Notes: generated by a model not told the origin, from the sequence alone. A stretch of DNA of 32,000 nt from Nostoc sp. PCC 7120 = FACHB-418 (GCF_000009705.1 NC_003273.1:23415-55414), one strand, 5' to 3'. Positions 18,409-26,824 are shown, numbered from the stretch's first letter. A program made the numbers and translations.

Positions 18409-19572
18409 ATGTCATCAGGCAGCATCATTATTAGCACAATTCTCAAACACGATACTAAAGTAACAAGCTACAAAATCGCCTTGTTACGTGCCATTAATGA
18501 TGTCGTCCTCAGCTTCCCTGATTTGCGGAAAACGAACGCGGATGTAGCTGTGCCTTTACGGGTACTGGCTCAGTTTTGGATTGCTTATTACTGGCCTTTT
18601 GTCAAACCAAGTGACCCTATTTTGCAAGGACAACGAGCAATAGTTAATGGTCAATTGCGAAATGATATCTTGTTTCGCCCTCAACTAGAGAAATTACGCT
18701 GTGAATGGGAATCAGGTGTTAGTGGAATCTTCAGCCCTAGCGATGGCTTTTACCTCATCAACGAGCTGAGAGTACCGCGAAAATATCAAGGCTACTCAAA
18801 ACCGTTACGTCAAGCCTATCAAGTTGCTCTCACAGCCATTAGTAAAGCAATTGAGCAGCCAGTTAAATATGCAGGGCTTGGTCACTGGAGTGTATTTGAT
18901 AAACCCTTAAGGTATGCAGAACAAAGCTATCAAGTTGTAGCAGTTCCTGGTACTAAAGCAGATGATAAATGCTTAATAATTAAAGCTGATCTGTGGCAAA
19001 CTTTTGGGGATATGTCATTGTGGATTGAAGCACTTTGCATTCATGAATGGTGTTTGTTCACAGAGAAATTACAACAGAAAAATCACTCAAAAGTGCATCG
19101 AGGTTGCATTTATGAGTTGTTAACAGATAGACCTGACAATCGCAGACCTTTAACTTGGGAACGTAACAATGTAGATTTACTGTTAATGGAAGGTACAGAG
19201 TTTGTTTGCCCTTGGACAAAAAAGCACATTTCTTATGGCATCAGGTACGATTTAGACCACCTTTTACCCGTATCTCTCTACCCCATCAATGAACTTTGGA
19301 ACTTAGTACCTGCTGACCCTAATTTCAATTCACACACCAAGCGCGATCGCTTACCTTCTCAGGCAAAATTGCAACAAGCTCAACCCTCTTTAGAGTTAGC
19401 TTACAGAAACTACAGCACATCTAGTTCACTGTCTCTAGCACTCCAAGAAGATGTGGCTGTCAGATTTGCTACTATCTTCGGTGATACTGCTTGTTTTCCT
19501 GGTGTACTATCAGCTGCTGTTGTTGATCTCATTGATGTTTTTGCTGAATCTCGTAACTTAGCTCGTTTTTGA
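18409..19572 (+). CDS. HNH nuclease (387 aa) with large unknown N-terminal domain
   Basis: The C-terminal DLDHLLPVSLYPINELWNLVPADPNFNSHTKRDRLP carries an HNH-like D-H...N...N pattern. The N-terminus has SYKIALLRAINDVV. Starts 3 nt after the upstream stop. Confidence 0.8.
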   Translation: MSSGSIIISTILKHDTKVTSYKIALLRAINDVVLSFPDLRKTNADVAVPLRVLAQFWIAYYWPFVKPSDPILQGQRAIVNGQLRNDILFRPQLEKLRCEWESGVSGIFSPSDGFYLINELRVPRKYQGYSKPLRQAYQVALTAISKAIEQPVKYAGLGHWSVFDKPLRYAEQSYQVVAVPGTKADDKCLIIKADLWQTFGDMSLWIEALCIHEWCLFTEKLQQKNHSKVHRGCIYELLTDRPDNRRPLTWERNNVDLLLMEGTEFVCPWTKKHISYGIRYDLDHLLPVSLYPINELWNLVPADPNFNSHTKRDRLPSQAKLQQAQPSLELAYRNYSTSSSLSLALQEDVAVRFATIFGDTACFPGVLSAAVVDLIDVFAESRNLARF

Positions 19573-19631
19573 CGATATGGCTATTACATTTTAAACTTTG
19601 GTTTTCAGAAGTAGTTCCTTGTCCAAAGAAA

Positions 19632-20039
19632 ATGATTAAGGAGTATGAGGTGATATTAAGAGAAAAAATTCAGCAACTCCTTGACTGCTATGATTCTTCT
19701 CAAACAGAATGCGATGGTATGACTCGCATCTGCCACACTGTGTTAACTAATCATGGCATTGAGCATCAACCCATGATTGGGGTTTTGATTCGGCAAAATC
19801 AAGAAATTGAGCCGCATTTTTGGATAGACCTAGCATCAGGTGAACGTATCGATTATCGAGCCAAAATGTGGCTTCAAGGAGAAAATATTCCTCATGGAAT
19901 CTTTTACCCTCAAGACTTTCCAGATGTCATCTACACTGGCGAACCAATAGAGTTAGAGGTTTTGTCTCCAGTAGTGTTTGAGATATTGACTCTTAAGATA
20001 GATTATGAAAAATTTCAGCAAGGTCAAGCACCTTACTAG
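19632..20039 (+). CDS. hypothetical protein (135 aa; could start at TTG 19569)
   Basis: ORF overlaps or abuts the HNH gene end. ECDGMTRICH...HFWIDLASGERIDY hints at a Cys-His-Asp fold. Confidence 0.45.
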   Translation: MIKEYEVILREKIQQLLDCYDSSQTECDGMTRICHTVLTNHGIEHQPMIGVLIRQNQEIEPHFWIDLASGERIDYRAKMWLQGENIPHGIFYPQDFPDVIYTGEPIELEVLSPVVFEILTLKIDYEKFQQGQAPY

Positions 20040-20265
20040 GTTTTTGTCCTGGTTCTACTGTCATAACATATAGCCCATACGGACAACCTTGTTCCCATTT
20101 ACAAGCATCGACCATATAGTAAGTGTTATCAATGTTGAACACGGCGATCGCTTTATTTCTTTTAGTCGCTATTTGACTTGCAACGTTAACAAGCTCTATA
20201 AAACTTTCAGGTGTCATTAAATATTGATAACTATGGTGAATTAAACAGGTTGTTCTTGCCACCAC
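19993..20265 (-). CDS. hypothetical protein (90 aa)
   Basis: ORF convergent with, and overlapping, the end of the + operon. Confidence 0.35.
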   Translation of the reverse strand: MVARTTCLIHHSYQYLMTPESFIELVNVASQIATKRNKAIAVFNIDNTYYMVDACKWEQGCPYGLYVMTVEPGQKPSKVLDLAEIFHNLS

Positions 20266-20675
20266 TTAGGGTTAATCAACTCTACTTGTGACACCTCATA
20301 ATGGCGGCAAGTTTCTAAGTCAACCCTAGCTGCCCTAATAGAACGCACAGCAATACTAGACAGAGAATACACCTTTAGGTCTGGAGTATCGGAATTTGAG
20401 AGTGTGGTTAACACTTCCATTGGAGTTAGACTGGCACTTAAAGCTACCACAAATGGTTGTAGGTTTAACCAATGTATTGCAGCACTGGTAGACCAAGTTG
20501 CTGATTGCTGTTCATGATGTTCTTTGTAGTTCAACTCAAAAGCATCACGGGCTTGCTTTTGGGTCGAATAAGTTAATAAACCGTTGTCATCAGGGTTGAG
20601 AGGTAAATATGCTCCCTCTGTAGTATTGAAGATGATGAAATAATTTTGCTCTGTTTCCATAAAATTATTCAACAA
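20241..20675 (-). CDS. hypothetical protein (144 aa)
   Basis: ORF overlapping the downstream ORF by 25 nt. No motif. Confidence 0.5.
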   Translation of the reverse strand: MLNNFMETEQNYFIIFNTTEGAYLPLNPDDNGLLTYSTQKQARDAFELNYKEHHEQQSATWSTSAAIHWLNLQPFVVALSASLTPMEVLTTLSNSDTPDLKVYSLSSIAVRSIRAARVDLETCRHYEVSQVELINPKWWQEQPV

Positions 20676-20766
20676 TAAATTTTAAATTTCGCATTATCTA
20701 CTATACTGAATTAAAAATTGTCATCTTACTATTAATTAGCAATATATATTGTACGCCTTATGTGAA

Positions 20767-21489
20767 TTAAGCCAGAGGATGCTGTTCAAAAGTAAGCACA
20801 TCAATACCAAAACGCTGACGCAAAAAAATGCGTAGAGTATGACTGGTGATTTTAGCGGTAACATGAACGCACAGAGCATCAACTTTCTTTCTCAGCAGAC
20901 GTTCCAAATTACGTCCGGTATTTTGTACCTCGTTAAAGACTCCTTCAATACGCTCACGCAGGCTGTTTAATAAACTCTCAAACGCTTTTGGCTGTTGTTG
21001 AAGTTGGTTGGCTCGTTTGGGAGTGAAAATTTGATTGCCGGTGATTTTGGAAATATCACTCTGCCATTCGCCACCAATAAATCCTTTATCTGCAAGGATA
21101 CGACAGCCATGAACACGGTCTAAAACTGATTCGGCTGCTAGACGTTCATCAGTACTAGCTGGCACTAAAGAGTAAACTAGGGGTATGCCGTTGAGGGTAC
21201 TGATGAGTACCAATTTGTAGCCAAAATAGTTCATTTTTCGACTGGCACACCACCCATAATCAGCACTGCCAGTAAAATCACTTTGGCGTTTGTCACGTTT
21301 GTAGCCAACTACTGGTACTGGTTTTGTGTCTAACAAAAGTGTGGTCTCAAAGATTGCCCCTAAGTCAACAACCCAGAAACGTCTTAGTTCTTCCAGCATT
21401 CCTTCCAAGCGTCTGGCTCTTCGGTTAAACTGGCTTTGGTCTAACAATTTCGGGAATAGGCTCAAATAGTTTGCTCTGACGAACCCTAA
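20767..21489 (-). pseudogene. IS982-family transposase, C-terminal fragment
   Basis: LGFVRANYLSLFPKLLDQSQFNRRARRL..LLLDTKPVPVVGYKR..YGWCASRKMNYFGYKLVLISTLNGIPLVYSLVPASTDER is typical IS982 DDE context. Confidence 0.8.
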
Positions 21490-21490
21490 A

Positions 21491-22007
21491 TGTAACGACC
21501 TGCAATGCTAATCGCTCAGACCTGCAATCATCACTGTTTTCAGCCAGGATTAATTGCAACTATAATTTCATTTGAACCAGGATTAAATGCAACTGAGCCA
21601 GGATTATTTGCAACCAACCTGCAATCATCGGTTTGAGCCAGGATTATCTGCAACTATAAAAGTAAAAAAAACGAACGGTTTTTTAACTGCGTCACCAGTA
21701 AGGCTTAGAGTTACTTTTACCGTTGGTTTTTAAGTAAAAAAACTCGGTAAAGAATTCAAAGTTAATTTATAAAATTCTCAAATGAGTTTTTTGACAAACT
21801 CCTGTCAAGGAGAGAAAACTTAGTCATAGTAAAGTGTTGAGCTTATTTGCAATTAATCCTGGTCGAAACGGATGATTGCAGGCTGGTTGCATTTAATCCT
21901 GGCTCAGTTGCAGTTAATCCTGGTTCAAATGAAATTATAGTTGCAATTAATCCTGGCTGAAAACAGTGATGATTGCAGGTCTGAGCGATTAGCATTGCAG
22001 GTCGCTA
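21491..22007. mobile_element. MITE-like non-autonomous element with about 165-bp inverted arms
   Basis: Arms at 21491-21660 and 21843-22007 are mutually inverted at about 90 percent identity. Each arm holds about 7 copies of two motifs, CCTGCAATCATC and CCAGGATTAWWTGCAAC. No ORF. Target duplication CCTAAA (21485-21490 and 24497-24502). Confidence 0.65.
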
Positions 22008-22604
22008 GTGTGATTCGTTCTGTCGAAACGAGTAGAAATATTCGGGGATGACAGGCAAGGGAAATATTCGGGAGAAATTCCGACAGAACCTTGACAACTC
22101 AATTTTTCGTGATGGTGAAATTCCATCCCTCCAAGTGCAGGAGTGAAAGCAAGTCCCCCATTTCAGCAAAAGTGGTTCTTTGTTGGGATGAAGCGGGGAA
22201 TCATGGCGGTAACTGCAAGCCTAATGTGGAATCCCGCCTAGCATAGCTGGTCATGGATAGTCAAACGAATCTCTTGATTGAATCATCGTTATGCAAAACA
22301 AGCCAAAAGGCTGACAGGCTTGTCCCAAAAGGGAAAAGATTAGTGGTTGGCTGATTAGCGACAGACCAATAAGCACTCACAATAAACTCGGTGAAGAGAG
22401 AGAGTCCTAAAACCAACGTCAAACGAAAAATTGGGAACGAAGTAACCCCCTAATGTACTCTCCAAAACTGGTCGAACTTTGGAGTAGGTAGCCAACCGGA
22501 AGTCATCAGGGGGAGGGATTGCCTCAGAAGCGAATGCCTCCTTGTAACGAGAAGGATATGCAGACGGAGGCACGGTGACTTGGATTGTAGAGGTGCAAGT
22601 AGCA

Positions 22605-24377
22605 ATGTATACATCTAAAACGAGTTTCAAGACTACGGTGGAATGGAATGCTATCCCCTGGCAAAAGCTAGAAAGGAAAGTATTTAAGTTACAAAAGCGC
22701 ATCTACAAAGCCTCGCAGCGTGGCGATGTCAAAGCAGTTCGTCAACTCCAAAAAACGTTGTTGCACTCCTGGTCAGCAAAGTGTTTAGCGGTTCGTCGGG
22801 TAACACAGGACAACCGAGGTAAGAAGACGGCAGGAGTGGATGGGCGGAAAAACCTCTCCCCAAAAGCACGTCTCATCTTAGTACAATCCATGAAGCTAGG
22901 TGATAAAGCCTCTCCCACCCGCAGGGTGTGGATTCCGAAACCTGGCTCATCAGGCGAAAAAAGACCCCTTTCTATACCCACTCTATACGACCGCGCCTTG
23001 CAATCGCTAGTAAAACTAGCCTTAGAACCCGAATGGGAAGCTCGCTTCGAGCCAAACTCGTTTGGTTTTCGACCTGGAAGAAACGCCCATGATGCAATGA
23101 AGGCAATATTCAACACTATTAAGTTCAAACCTAAATATGTTTTGGATGCTGATATTGCAAAATGTTTTGACAAAATTGATCATAATGTTCTGCTGTCAAA
23201 ATTAAATACATTCCCCACCATCAGCCGACAAATTCGTGCATGGTTAAAAGCGGGAGTGATTGATTTCTCCGAATATGCTTTGAGGGAGAAATCTGACCAC
23301 ACAACATCGATGGGTGTTCCACAAGGGGGTACAATTTCGCCGCTATTAGCGAATATAGCCCTCCACGGCATGGAAAACCGAATTAAACAAGTTGCTCTAA
23401 CCTTACCCGGATGTAAATCTGAGAATCGTCAAGCAATAAGCTTAATCAGATTTGCAGATGATTTTGTCATCCTGCACAAAGACCTCGCCGTTATCCAAAG
23501 ATGTCAGCAGATTATTAGTGAATGGTTAAGCGAGTTGGGGCTGGAATTGAAGCCAAGTAAAACCCGAATATCCCATACACTTAATATGTATGAAGGTAAG
23601 GTTGGTTTTGATTTTCTAGGTTTCACTGTTCGACAATTTCCTGTAGGAAAATATCACAGTGGTAAAAGCTCAAGTGGAAAATTACTTGGTTACAAAACTC
23701 TGATTACCCCAAGTAAAGCAAAGCTGAAGATACACGCGCAGAAGATAGGTAAATTGATTGATGAGCATAAGGCAGTACCACAATCTGATTTAATCGCTCA
23801 TTTGAATCCCGTCATCCGTGGATGGACAAACTACTACTCATGTGTCGTCAGTAAACGCATATTTAACCAGGCTGATACAACATTATTTAGTCAGCTAAAA
23901 GCATGGGCAGAACATCGTCACCCTAATAAATCTTCCCGATGGAGTTGTCAAAAGTATTGGCAAACCGTAGGGTCTGATAATTGGGTATTTAAACCCCATA
24001 ACCAGAAAATTCGCCTACTCAAGCACCGTGAAACTCGCATTGTGAGACACATACAGGTGAAAGGAAGCCGTAGCCCGTTTGATGGTGACTGGGTGTACTG
24101 GAGTTCCAGAATGGGTAAACATCCCGAAGCCCCAATCAGGGTGGCAACACTCCTGAAAATGCAGAAAGGAAAGTGTACTCACTGTGGACTGTTTTTTCAC
24201 CATGAAGATTTGATGGAAATCGACCATAAAATCCCCCGCTCTCAAGGCGGTAAGGATAGTTATGACAACCTTCAATTACTTCATGGACATTGCCATGATG
24301 CTAAAACGGCAGAAGATAAATGTGCTGTTACAGTTCCAGAGCTAGATGAGGATTATCTCAACCTTAATCCCTTTTAA
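22605..24377 (+). CDS. group II intron reverse transcriptase/maturase with HNH endonuclease domain
   Basis: WQKLERKVFKLQKRIYKA N-terminus, RT motifs including FADDFVIL, an X/maturase region (RGWTNYY), and a C-terminal CTHCG..DHKIPRSQGG..NLQLLHGHCH. Confidence 0.9.
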   Translation: MYTSKTSFKTTVEWNAIPWQKLERKVFKLQKRIYKASQRGDVKAVRQLQKTLLHSWSAKCLAVRRVTQDNRGKKTAGVDGRKNLSPKARLILVQSMKLGDKASPTRRVWIPKPGSSGEKRPLSIPTLYDRALQSLVKLALEPEWEARFEPNSFGFRPGRNAHDAMKAIFNTIKFKPKYVLDADIAKCFDKIDHNVLLSKLNTFPTISRQIRAWLKAGVIDFSEYALREKSDHTTSMGVPQGGTISPLLANIALHGMENRIKQVALTLPGCKSENRQAISLIRFADDFVILHKDLAVIQRCQQIISEWLSELGLELKPSKTRISHTLNMYEGKVGFDFLGFTVRQFPVGKYHSGKSSSGKLLGYKTLITPSKAKLKIHAQKIGKLIDEHKAVPQSDLIAHLNPVIRGWTNYYSCVVSKRIFNQADTTLFSQLKAWAEHRHPNKSSRWSCQKYWQTVGSDNWVFKPHNQKIRLLKHRETRIVRHIQVKGSRSPFDGDWVYWSSRMGKHPEAPIRVATLLKMQKGKCTHCGLFFHHEDLMEIDHKIPRSQGGKDSYDNLQLLHGHCHDAKTAEDKCAVTVPELDEDYLNLNPF

Positions 24378-24420
24378 CTCTGAACTTAGAGGTGTGCATG
24401 ATAAGCACCAAATCATTGAG

Positions 24421-24454
24421 GAGCCGTGTGAAATTAACGTTTCACGCACGGTTT
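24421..24454 (+). ncRNA. group II intron domain V
   Basis: GAGCCGTGTGAAATTAACGTTTCACGCACGGTTT is a 34-nt hairpin with the AGC triad and a 2-nt bulge geometry like the DV consensus. Confidence 0.8.
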
Positions 24455-24496
24455 TGTAGCCGAGTCAGGGAGGTGACTTTCTGGCTTAGGCATCCA

Positions 24497-24687
24497 CCTA
24501 AAAACTGCTGTTCTCCTGGGTATGGAAAAAAATCCATTGCTACCAACAAAGTTAACATCTCACTATCTGTGAATCTCGGCGATGGCCCTGGCAATAACGG
24601 TACATAACGGTAGCCTTTTTGCTGATACCAATCATCTACTAGCACAAAAATTGTCGTCAACAGGGTCGAACCGTCTACCATATTCAT
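24497..24687 (-). pseudogene. IS982-family transposase, N-terminal fragment
   Basis: MNMVDGSTLLTTIFVLVDDWYQ...FTDSEMLTLLVAMDFFPYPGEQQFLG joins in frame to the fragment at 21489 once the insertions are removed. Confidence 0.8.
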
Positions 24688-24776
24688 TGGGAGACCTCAA
24701 GCTTTGGTGTCGTTACCTTTATCTTGCGGTTTCCCCTTCTTTTTTACTACCCCAACTCACATAAGCCGTACTTTAT

Positions 24777-24856
24777 AACAAGTTAGCTGGTTGGCAACCC
24801 AACAAGTTGACAAGTCGGCTGGTTATCAACCTAACTTGCCATATTCATGACTTGCC
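24777..24856 (+). promoter_or_regulatory. iteron/centromere-like repeat cluster upstream of parA
   Basis: AAGTTAGCTGGTTGGCAAC and AAGTCGGCTGGTTATCAAC are direct repeats. There are also five CAAGTY/RACTTG hexamers in both orientations. Confidence 0.45.
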
Positions 24857-24892
24857 AGTAATCTCGTAAGCAAAATGCTTGGTTAAAATTCA

Positions 24893-25636
24893 ATGATTAT
24901 CGCATTGGCAAATCAGAAAGGAGGGGTAGCAAAAACTACTTCTACTATCTCTCTAGGAGGACTGCTGGCTCTTAAAGATACTGTCCTGGCTGTTGACCTT
25001 GACCCTCAAGGTAATCTGACTACAGGGCTGGGGGTGGAAGTGGCTGATGACCAAATTAGCTGCTACGACGTTATTACAGAGAAAGCAGAAGTCATCGATG
25101 GAGTAGTTTCTACTAAATTTGGACTTAGCTTATTGCCTGCTGACATCAACTTAGCTAAGGGAGAAACAGAAATGCTTATGAAGGTAGGTAACTTCTCCAT
25201 CCTTAAAGAGCGACTGACTCCCGTACTCAAGCAATTCCATCACATCTTAATTGACTGTCCACCTTCTTTGGGACTATTAACGGTTAATGCCTTAGCTGCT
25301 GCGGATGCAGTTCTTATCCCAGTACAGTGTCAATTTTTCGCTTTAAAAGGGTTGGCTGCACTGTTGGAAACAGTTGCAAGTGTTCAGAAACGTCTTAATC
25401 CCCAATTACAAATACTGGGAGTCTTGCCAACAATGGCTGAAAATACCGTCATGACTCAAGATGTCTTAGCCTCCTTAAATAAGAGACTACAAAACATTCG
25501 GATATTTGAACCTGTTCCAAAGTCAATCAAGTTTTCTGAGTCAAATTTAGCTGGTGAGCCAATTCACATCTATGCTAAAGACCCCAAGCTGGTGCAGCCT
25601 TACCAGATTATCGCTAATTTAATTGCTGCAATCTAA
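24893..25636 (+). CDS. parA: ParA/Soj-family partition ATPase
   Basis: Deviant Walker A at the N-terminus (ANQKGGVAKTT), DLDPQGN, and ILIDCPPSLG. Confidence 0.9.
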   Translation: MIIALANQKGGVAKTTSTISLGGLLALKDTVLAVDLDPQGNLTTGLGVEVADDQISCYDVITEKAEVIDGVVSTKFGLSLLPADINLAKGETEMLMKVGNFSILKERLTPVLKQFHHILIDCPPSLGLLTVNALAAADAVLIPVQCQFFALKGLAALLETVASVQKRLNPQLQILGVLPTMAENTVMTQDVLASLNKRLQNIRIFEPVPKSIKFSESNLAGEPIHIYAKDPKLVQPYQIIANLIAAI

Positions 25637-25641
25637 TTAAG

Positions 25642-26355
25642 GTGAAAAGACAGATGACAAAACGACGCGCCAGATTAAATGACGATAATGATCCGTTGTC
25701 TTCGACCGATAAAGTGTTAGCTGGGTTTGAGCAAATTAGCAAGTCAGCAAGTCAGCAAGATAAAGTGTCAACCAGCAGGGAAGCTGACAAGTCAACAAGT
25801 CAACAAGAGAAGTTACCAACTAGTCAACAATCTGACAAGTTAAACAGTAAGGAAGCTAACAAGTCAGCAAGTCAGCAAGACATATCACCAACCAATCAAC
25901 AATCTGACAAGTCAACCAGTCAGCAAGATGTAGCCTTAACTACCCAGGAAGCTGACAAGTCAGCAAGTCAACAAGACATATCACCAACCAATCAACAATC
26001 TGACAAGTCAACCAGTCAGCAAGATGTAGCCTTAACTACCCAGGAAGCTGACAAGTCAGCAAGTCAACAAGACATATCACCAACCAGTCAACAATCTGAC
26101 AAGTCAACCAGTCAGCAAGTTAATATAGAAAAAGTTTCATTGCGTAAATCTACGTTTCAAATTAGTGAAGATGTACTGCATCAGCTAGACAAACTGCACC
26201 TTACACTCCAGTTAGAGCTAGGAAAAGCTCATGCTCCTTATAAGGAAGTAATTGTAGAAGAAGCTTTAGTACAACTGTTAGAGTCGTTTAACTCTGATCG
26301 TGCAGCTTTGATAGAAGTATTGATGTCAAGGCAGAAAAGCCGTGACAAACTTTGA
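25642..26355 (+). CDS. repeat-rich partition partner, C-terminal ribbon-helix-helix-like segment
   Basis: Starts 6 nt after parA. The N-terminal two-thirds is S/Q/D/K repeats. The C-terminal KSTFQISEDVLHQLDKLHL resembles an RHH beta-strand and helix. Confidence 0.6.
   Translation: MKRQMTKRRARLNDDNDPLSSTDKVLAGFEQISKSASQQDKVSTSREADKSTSQQEKLPTSQQSDKLNSKEANKSASQQDISPTNQQSDKSTSQQDVALTTQEADKSASQQDISPTNQQSDKSTSQQDVALTTQEADKSASQQDISPTSQQSDKSTSQQVNIEKVSLRKSTFQISEDVLHQLDKLHLTLQLELGKAHAPYKEVIVEEALVQLLESFNSDRAALIEVLMSRQKSRDKL
25861..26119 (+). repeat. 2.7 copies of a 96-bp in-frame tandem repeat
   Basis: Units at 25861-25956, 25957-26052 and 26053-26119 are nearly identical (KSASQQDISPTNQQSDKSTSQQDVALTTQEAD). 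Degenerate copies run from about 25741. Confidence 0.9.
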
Positions 26356-26497
26356 AAGATGAGTTGGCGATCGCCTATTCTAATATTTCGGTTTGCAGAA
26401 GGCGATTGTCTACTAAACAAATCCACCAGGGAGGTACTGCCCCTCCTATGACTGTGTTATCAGCACAGCGCCTCACTTTTCGGCTTCAGGTGGAAGG

Positions 26498-26580
26498 CGG
26501 AAGATGGAGGAATCGAACCCCTGGGTGTTACCCCACCCCGGTTTTCAAGACCGGTTGCCGACCATTTAGCGGCATCTTCC
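26498..26580 (-). tRNA. tRNA-Ser(UGA)
   Basis: Acceptor GGAAGAT/ATCTTCC. Anticodon arm CCGGT-CTTGAAA-ACCGG. Long variable arm. T-loop TTCGATT. The D-arm junction is atypical. 3' flank is CCT. Confidence 0.7.
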
Positions 26581-26586
26581 TTAAGG

Positions 26587-26661
26587 GGTGTCAGACGGGA
26601 CTTGAACCCGTTATGACTGGTTCCACAAACCAGCGCCGCGACCGCTTTGGCTTCAGACACC
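26587..26661 (-). tRNA. tRNA-His(GUG)
   Basis: Extra G-1 opposite C73. Anticodon arm CTGGT-TTGTGGA-ACCAG. T arm ACGGG-TTCAAGT-CCCGT. One acceptor mismatch. Confidence 0.8.
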
Positions 26662-26666
26662 AAAAG

Positions 26667-26740
26667 TGGAATCAAGGGGATTTGAACCCCTAACCTCCCG
26701 CTTGCAAGGCGGACGCTCTAGCCAGTTGAGCTATGACCCC
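26667..26740 (-). tRNA. tRNA-Ala(UGC)
   Basis: GGGGTCA acceptor with G3:U70. Anticodon loop CTTGCAA. A73. Confidence 0.85.
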
Positions 26741-26746
26741 AGACAG

Positions 26747-26818
26747 CAGGAGTGAAGGGACTTGAACCCCTACAAATCGATTTAGAAGATCGATGCCCAT
26801 CCATTAGGCGACACTCCC
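26747..26818 (-). tRNA. tRNA-Arg(UCU)
   Basis: Anticodon arm TCGAT-CTTCTAA-ATCGA. T arm AGGGG-TTCAAGT-CCCTT. Confidence 0.85.
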
Positions 26819-26824
26819 ATAAAT

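Larger units (their letters stand above)
22008..24493 (+). mobile_element. complete group II intron
   Basis: 5' GTGTG at 22008. About 600 nt precede the ORF. The RT/maturase/HNH ORF sits in the domain IV position. Domain V is at 24421-24454. The 3' end is near ...GGCAT; its exact position is uncertain by a few nt. Confidence 0.8.
20751..24771 (-). mobile_element. IS982-family insertion sequence carrying nested insertions
   Basis: Terminal inverted repeats gtacgccttatgtga (20751-) and tcacataagccgtac (-24771). The transposase is split into two fragments. Confidence 0.75.

Noticed and set aside
21491-22007. Possibility that the repeat-rich arms are a CRISPR array or leader
   Set aside because: The repeats are 12-17 bp, irregularly spaced, of two types, and mirrored in an inverted arm. 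That architecture fits transposon ends, not direct repeats with unique spacers.
22355-22702. 115-aa minus-strand ORF
   Set aside because: It lies antisense within domains I-III of the group II intron and overlaps the start of the intron ORF. It has no independent support.
24392-24764. Plus-strand ORFs 24392-24607 and 24582-24764
   Set aside because: They cross intron domains V/VI and run antisense to the N-terminal fragment of the IS982 transposase. They are artefacts of the mosaic.
25741-26119. The tandem repeats as a non-coding satellite
   Set aside because: The 96-bp period is a multiple of three. The frame stays open through all copies within an ORF that is coupled to parA.
26428-26447. 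Hairpin ggagg-tactgcc-cctcc as terminator of the tRNA operon
   Set aside because: It has only a 5-bp stem and a weak, interrupted T tract on the minus strand. It is not convincing without transcript data.
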